64,000 nucleotides of DNA. It comes from Minisyncoccia bacterium. GTDB taxonomy: Bacteria > Patescibacteriota > Minisyncoccia > Phycocordibacterales > Phycocordibacteraceae. Below, piece by piece: positions 62,079 to 64,000 of the stretch (the first letter of the stretch is position 1; the number at the start of each line of letters is the position of its first letter). The notes beneath the pieces were generated by a model. That model was not told the origin of the DNA, ran no database searches, and worked only from the letters and a program-made list of their open reading frames with translations. The stretch spans positions 46,924 to 110,923 of the forward strand of contig JBBRPE010000001.1 in the NCBI GenBank assembly GCA_038228545.1, given 5' to 3'. Both the position numbers and the translations under genes were made by a program.

Positions 62079-62678
62079 TTAGAAATTGAACTGTTCGAAG
62101 CGCGCATCAAAGCGCCTCCACAGGTCTTCACCCATCTCCGGACTACGGAAGCCGTACGAACTGGTAAAGTCGCGCGGCTCATTGCCGAAGTCGTTGAACA
62201 AAAAGCCGTGCGTGTCCGTAACCATGAAGCGCACAGAAGCGGGTGGCGGAATTTCTTTTCCCATCAGCGGCCGCCCGGAATATTCGCGGGGGTCGTTCAG
62301 TTCCGGGACGCCCGTGCCGTACACCATATGGTCGGTTTCCGATAACCGGTATGCTTTCGTACCGATGATGAAGCGTGCCTTTGTGTCGCCTTTTGCCACG
62401 AACTCCGTAAGAGCCTCGACCACTGCCGGTGCACTCAGAATGCCGGGGGTTCGTTCTCCCAGGTACAGAGCGAATTCACACATCGTTGCTTCACGAATGA
62501 GCGTAGCAACGAGAGACGTCAGCACGTCGAAGCTGTCCGTGAAGCGTGTTGTGCCGATACGCGCGGGCGAAGCGGCAATATTGCGCACGAAGCCCGGATG
62601 TTGCTCAAGAGCTACAACCCGATCCGTCCGAAATTGTTCGCGTTGTGCACGCGAAAGTATATTTCTTTGACTGTGCAC
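62079..62678 (-). CDS. Orphan hypothetical protein
   Basis: GTG start with GGGAGG RBS, TATAAT upstream, hairpin near 62045-62074. Confidence 0.65.
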   Translation of the reverse strand: MHSQRNILSRAQREQFRTDRVVALEQHPGFVRNIAASPARIGTTRFTDSFDVLTSLVATLIREATMCEFALYLGERTPGILSAPAVVEALTEFVAKGDTKARFIIGTKAYRLSETDHMVYGTGVPELNDPREYSGRPLMGKEIPPPASVRFMVTDTHGFLFNDFGNEPRDFTSSYGFRSPEMGEDLWRRFDARFEQFNF

Positions 62679-62721
62679 GGTTTCCCTCCCGGTGCAGTTG
62701 GAACAAATTACCTGGTAAGTA

Positions 62722-63381
62722 TTATACCTTCTTTTTCTTATTTTTCCAGTCTTCTATCTTTGCGTGGTTGCCGGAGGCGAGTACTTTCGGAACCTTATAG
62801 TTCTTCCCTTCCCAGGCAATCGACTCGGGACGTGTATACACGGCGGGTGATGCCGTGCGACGCTCCTCAACTGATTCGTCTTTTCCGAGGACGCCCGGAA
62901 GGCGGCGCGTAACCGCGTCGACAATGGCCATGGCTGGCACCTCAGCTCCCGTGAGTGTCGCTTCTCCGACCGAATATTTCTTAACGATGCCAAATGTCTT
63001 GAGTATTGAGAGCGCCCTGTCGTCTATGCCTTCGTAGCGACCACACACGAGCACCACATCATCAAACTTCGCGAGTTTGTCTGCTTCGGTATTCGTAAAC
63101 TTTGATGCGCTCGGTGAAAACCACACGAGTGCAATCTTGCCCTTACGACGTGTGAGCGACTTCTTGACCGCACGCACTACCGGAAGCGCCGTCATGACCA
63201 TACCGGGACCGCCACCATACGGACGCTCATCTACTTTGCCCCATTTGTTATCAACGAACGGACGCGGACTCTGATAGTCCACTCCAATGTGTTTCTCTTT
63301 CCGGGCGCGTCCCAAAATAGACGCGTTCAGATACGCATCGCAGGCTTCAGGAAAAAGAGTAATGAGGTGGAAACGAATCAT
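62722..63381 (-). CDS. trmD: tRNA (guanine37-N1)-methyltransferase
   Basis: TLFPE, PYGGGPGMV, CGRYEGIDDR, YTRP, SGNHAKI. Confidence 0.97.
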   Translation of the reverse strand: MIRFHLITLFPEACDAYLNASILGRARKEKHIGVDYQSPRPFVDNKWGKVDERPYGGGPGMVMTALPVVRAVKKSLTRRKGKIALVWFSPSASKFTNTEADKLAKFDDVVLVCGRYEGIDDRALSILKTFGIVKKYSVGEATLTGAEVPAMAIVDAVTRRLPGVLGKDESVEERRTASPAVYTRPESIAWEGKNYKVPKVLASGNHAKIEDWKNKKKKV

Positions 63382-63407
63382 ACGTAAGATTCTAACGTAT
63401 CGAGTGC

Positions 63408-63519
63408 GAAAGAGATGCCTGAGATGCGAGGCGCGACGAGAGAATTTCTGCAGACGTACTAGCAGTACGGCGGAAGAAATGCTCGATGCCGCAACGAAGC
63501 AGATTGGGCGTATTCTTTC
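63408..63519 (+). repeat. Structured dispersed element family B, copy 6
   Basis: gaaagagatgcct..AGATGC-GAGGCG...AGACGTAC-tagca-GTACGGCG...CAAC-GAA-GCAGAT..gggcgtattctttc. Confidence 0.9.
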
Positions 63520-63527
63520 GTGCTCGC

Positions 63528-63827
63528 TTAGAGGCTGTCGATAACCTCGTCTACCGAACGAACTTCCGCTTCATGCTTACCTCCAGCAGGCTCGTTAATC
63601 TTGAGATTCACACGTGCGTTATGCTTCATACCGACAACTCGCAGAAGTGTGCGAAGCGCCTTCGCGATGTTGCCTTCGCGACCGATTATTTTACCCATGT
63701 CGTCCGGAGAAACAGTGAGTGTAAGAAGTACGCCCATTTCATCAACAGTACGAGTGATAGCAACGCCATCAGGAGTATCAACGAGTGCCTTTATTACGTA
63801 TTCGAGAAATGCGTGGTCTTGTTCCAT
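63528..63827 (-). CDS. khpA: KH domain RNA-binding protein
   Basis: DMGKIIGREG GxxG loop; lies in rpsP-khpA-trmD context. Confidence 0.92.
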   Translation of the reverse strand: MEQDHAFLEYVIKALVDTPDGVAITRTVDEMGVLLTLTVSPDDMGKIIGREGNIAKALRTLLRVVGMKHNARVNLKINEPAGGKHEAEVRSVDEVIDSL

Positions 63828-63894
63828 ATCGTTTCAGAGTAGACGGCAATTAAGATATAAGGACGAACGAGAAAGGCGCAGTGCGCCGAGAGAC

Positions 63895-64000
63895 TTACGC
63901 GGCTGGAGCCTCTTCTGTTGCAGGAGTTTCCGAAGCTTCTGCTTCAGGAGCAGCCTCAGCTTCTGCAACTACTTCAGGAGAAGCTGTGACAGTAACTTCC
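63895..64000 (-). CDS. Acidic Ala/Glu/Pro-rich C-terminus, probably ribosomal protein S16 (partial)
   Basis: EVTVTASPEVVAEAEAAPEAEASETPATEEAPAA*; identity inferred from synteny only. Confidence 0.55.
   Translation of the reverse strand, partial: EVTVTASPEVVAEAEAAPEAEASETPATEEAPAA

Overview
This is a chromosomal window from a small-genome bacterium. By inference it is Patescibacteria/CPR (Parcubacteria-like, genetic code 11), based on gene content, widespread leaderless starts and Lys-rich RpoD. Housekeeping genes: nrdAB (class I RNR), hisS, prmC, UvrD-like helicase-nuclease, rpoD, dnaG, rpoBC (rpoB has an in-frame TAG that is probably a sequence error), trmD, khpA and the end of a probable rpsP. 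Accessory content: a type IV pilus/T2SS-like operon, an OmpR-family two-component pair, an uppP-dedA-GT2-ABC-gtrA envelope cluster, cytochrome bd (cydAB), a RAYT-like HUH transposase with REP palindromes, a secreted lipase-like protein and about 13 self-contained orphan genes. Three non-coding signals stand out. (1) A PaaX/Cas2-like gene is bracketed by 38-48 bp covarying palindromes, with a third copy in front of the pilus operon. (2) Six dispersed ~100-120 nt hairpin elements have conserved internal loops and all fold on the + strand regardless of transcription direction. (3) A TTCAT-N6-TTCAT-N11-(-10) promoter motif occurs three times around the two-component pair. No rRNA, tRNA or CRISPR array was seen. 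All family calls come from motif recognition by eye, not database searches.
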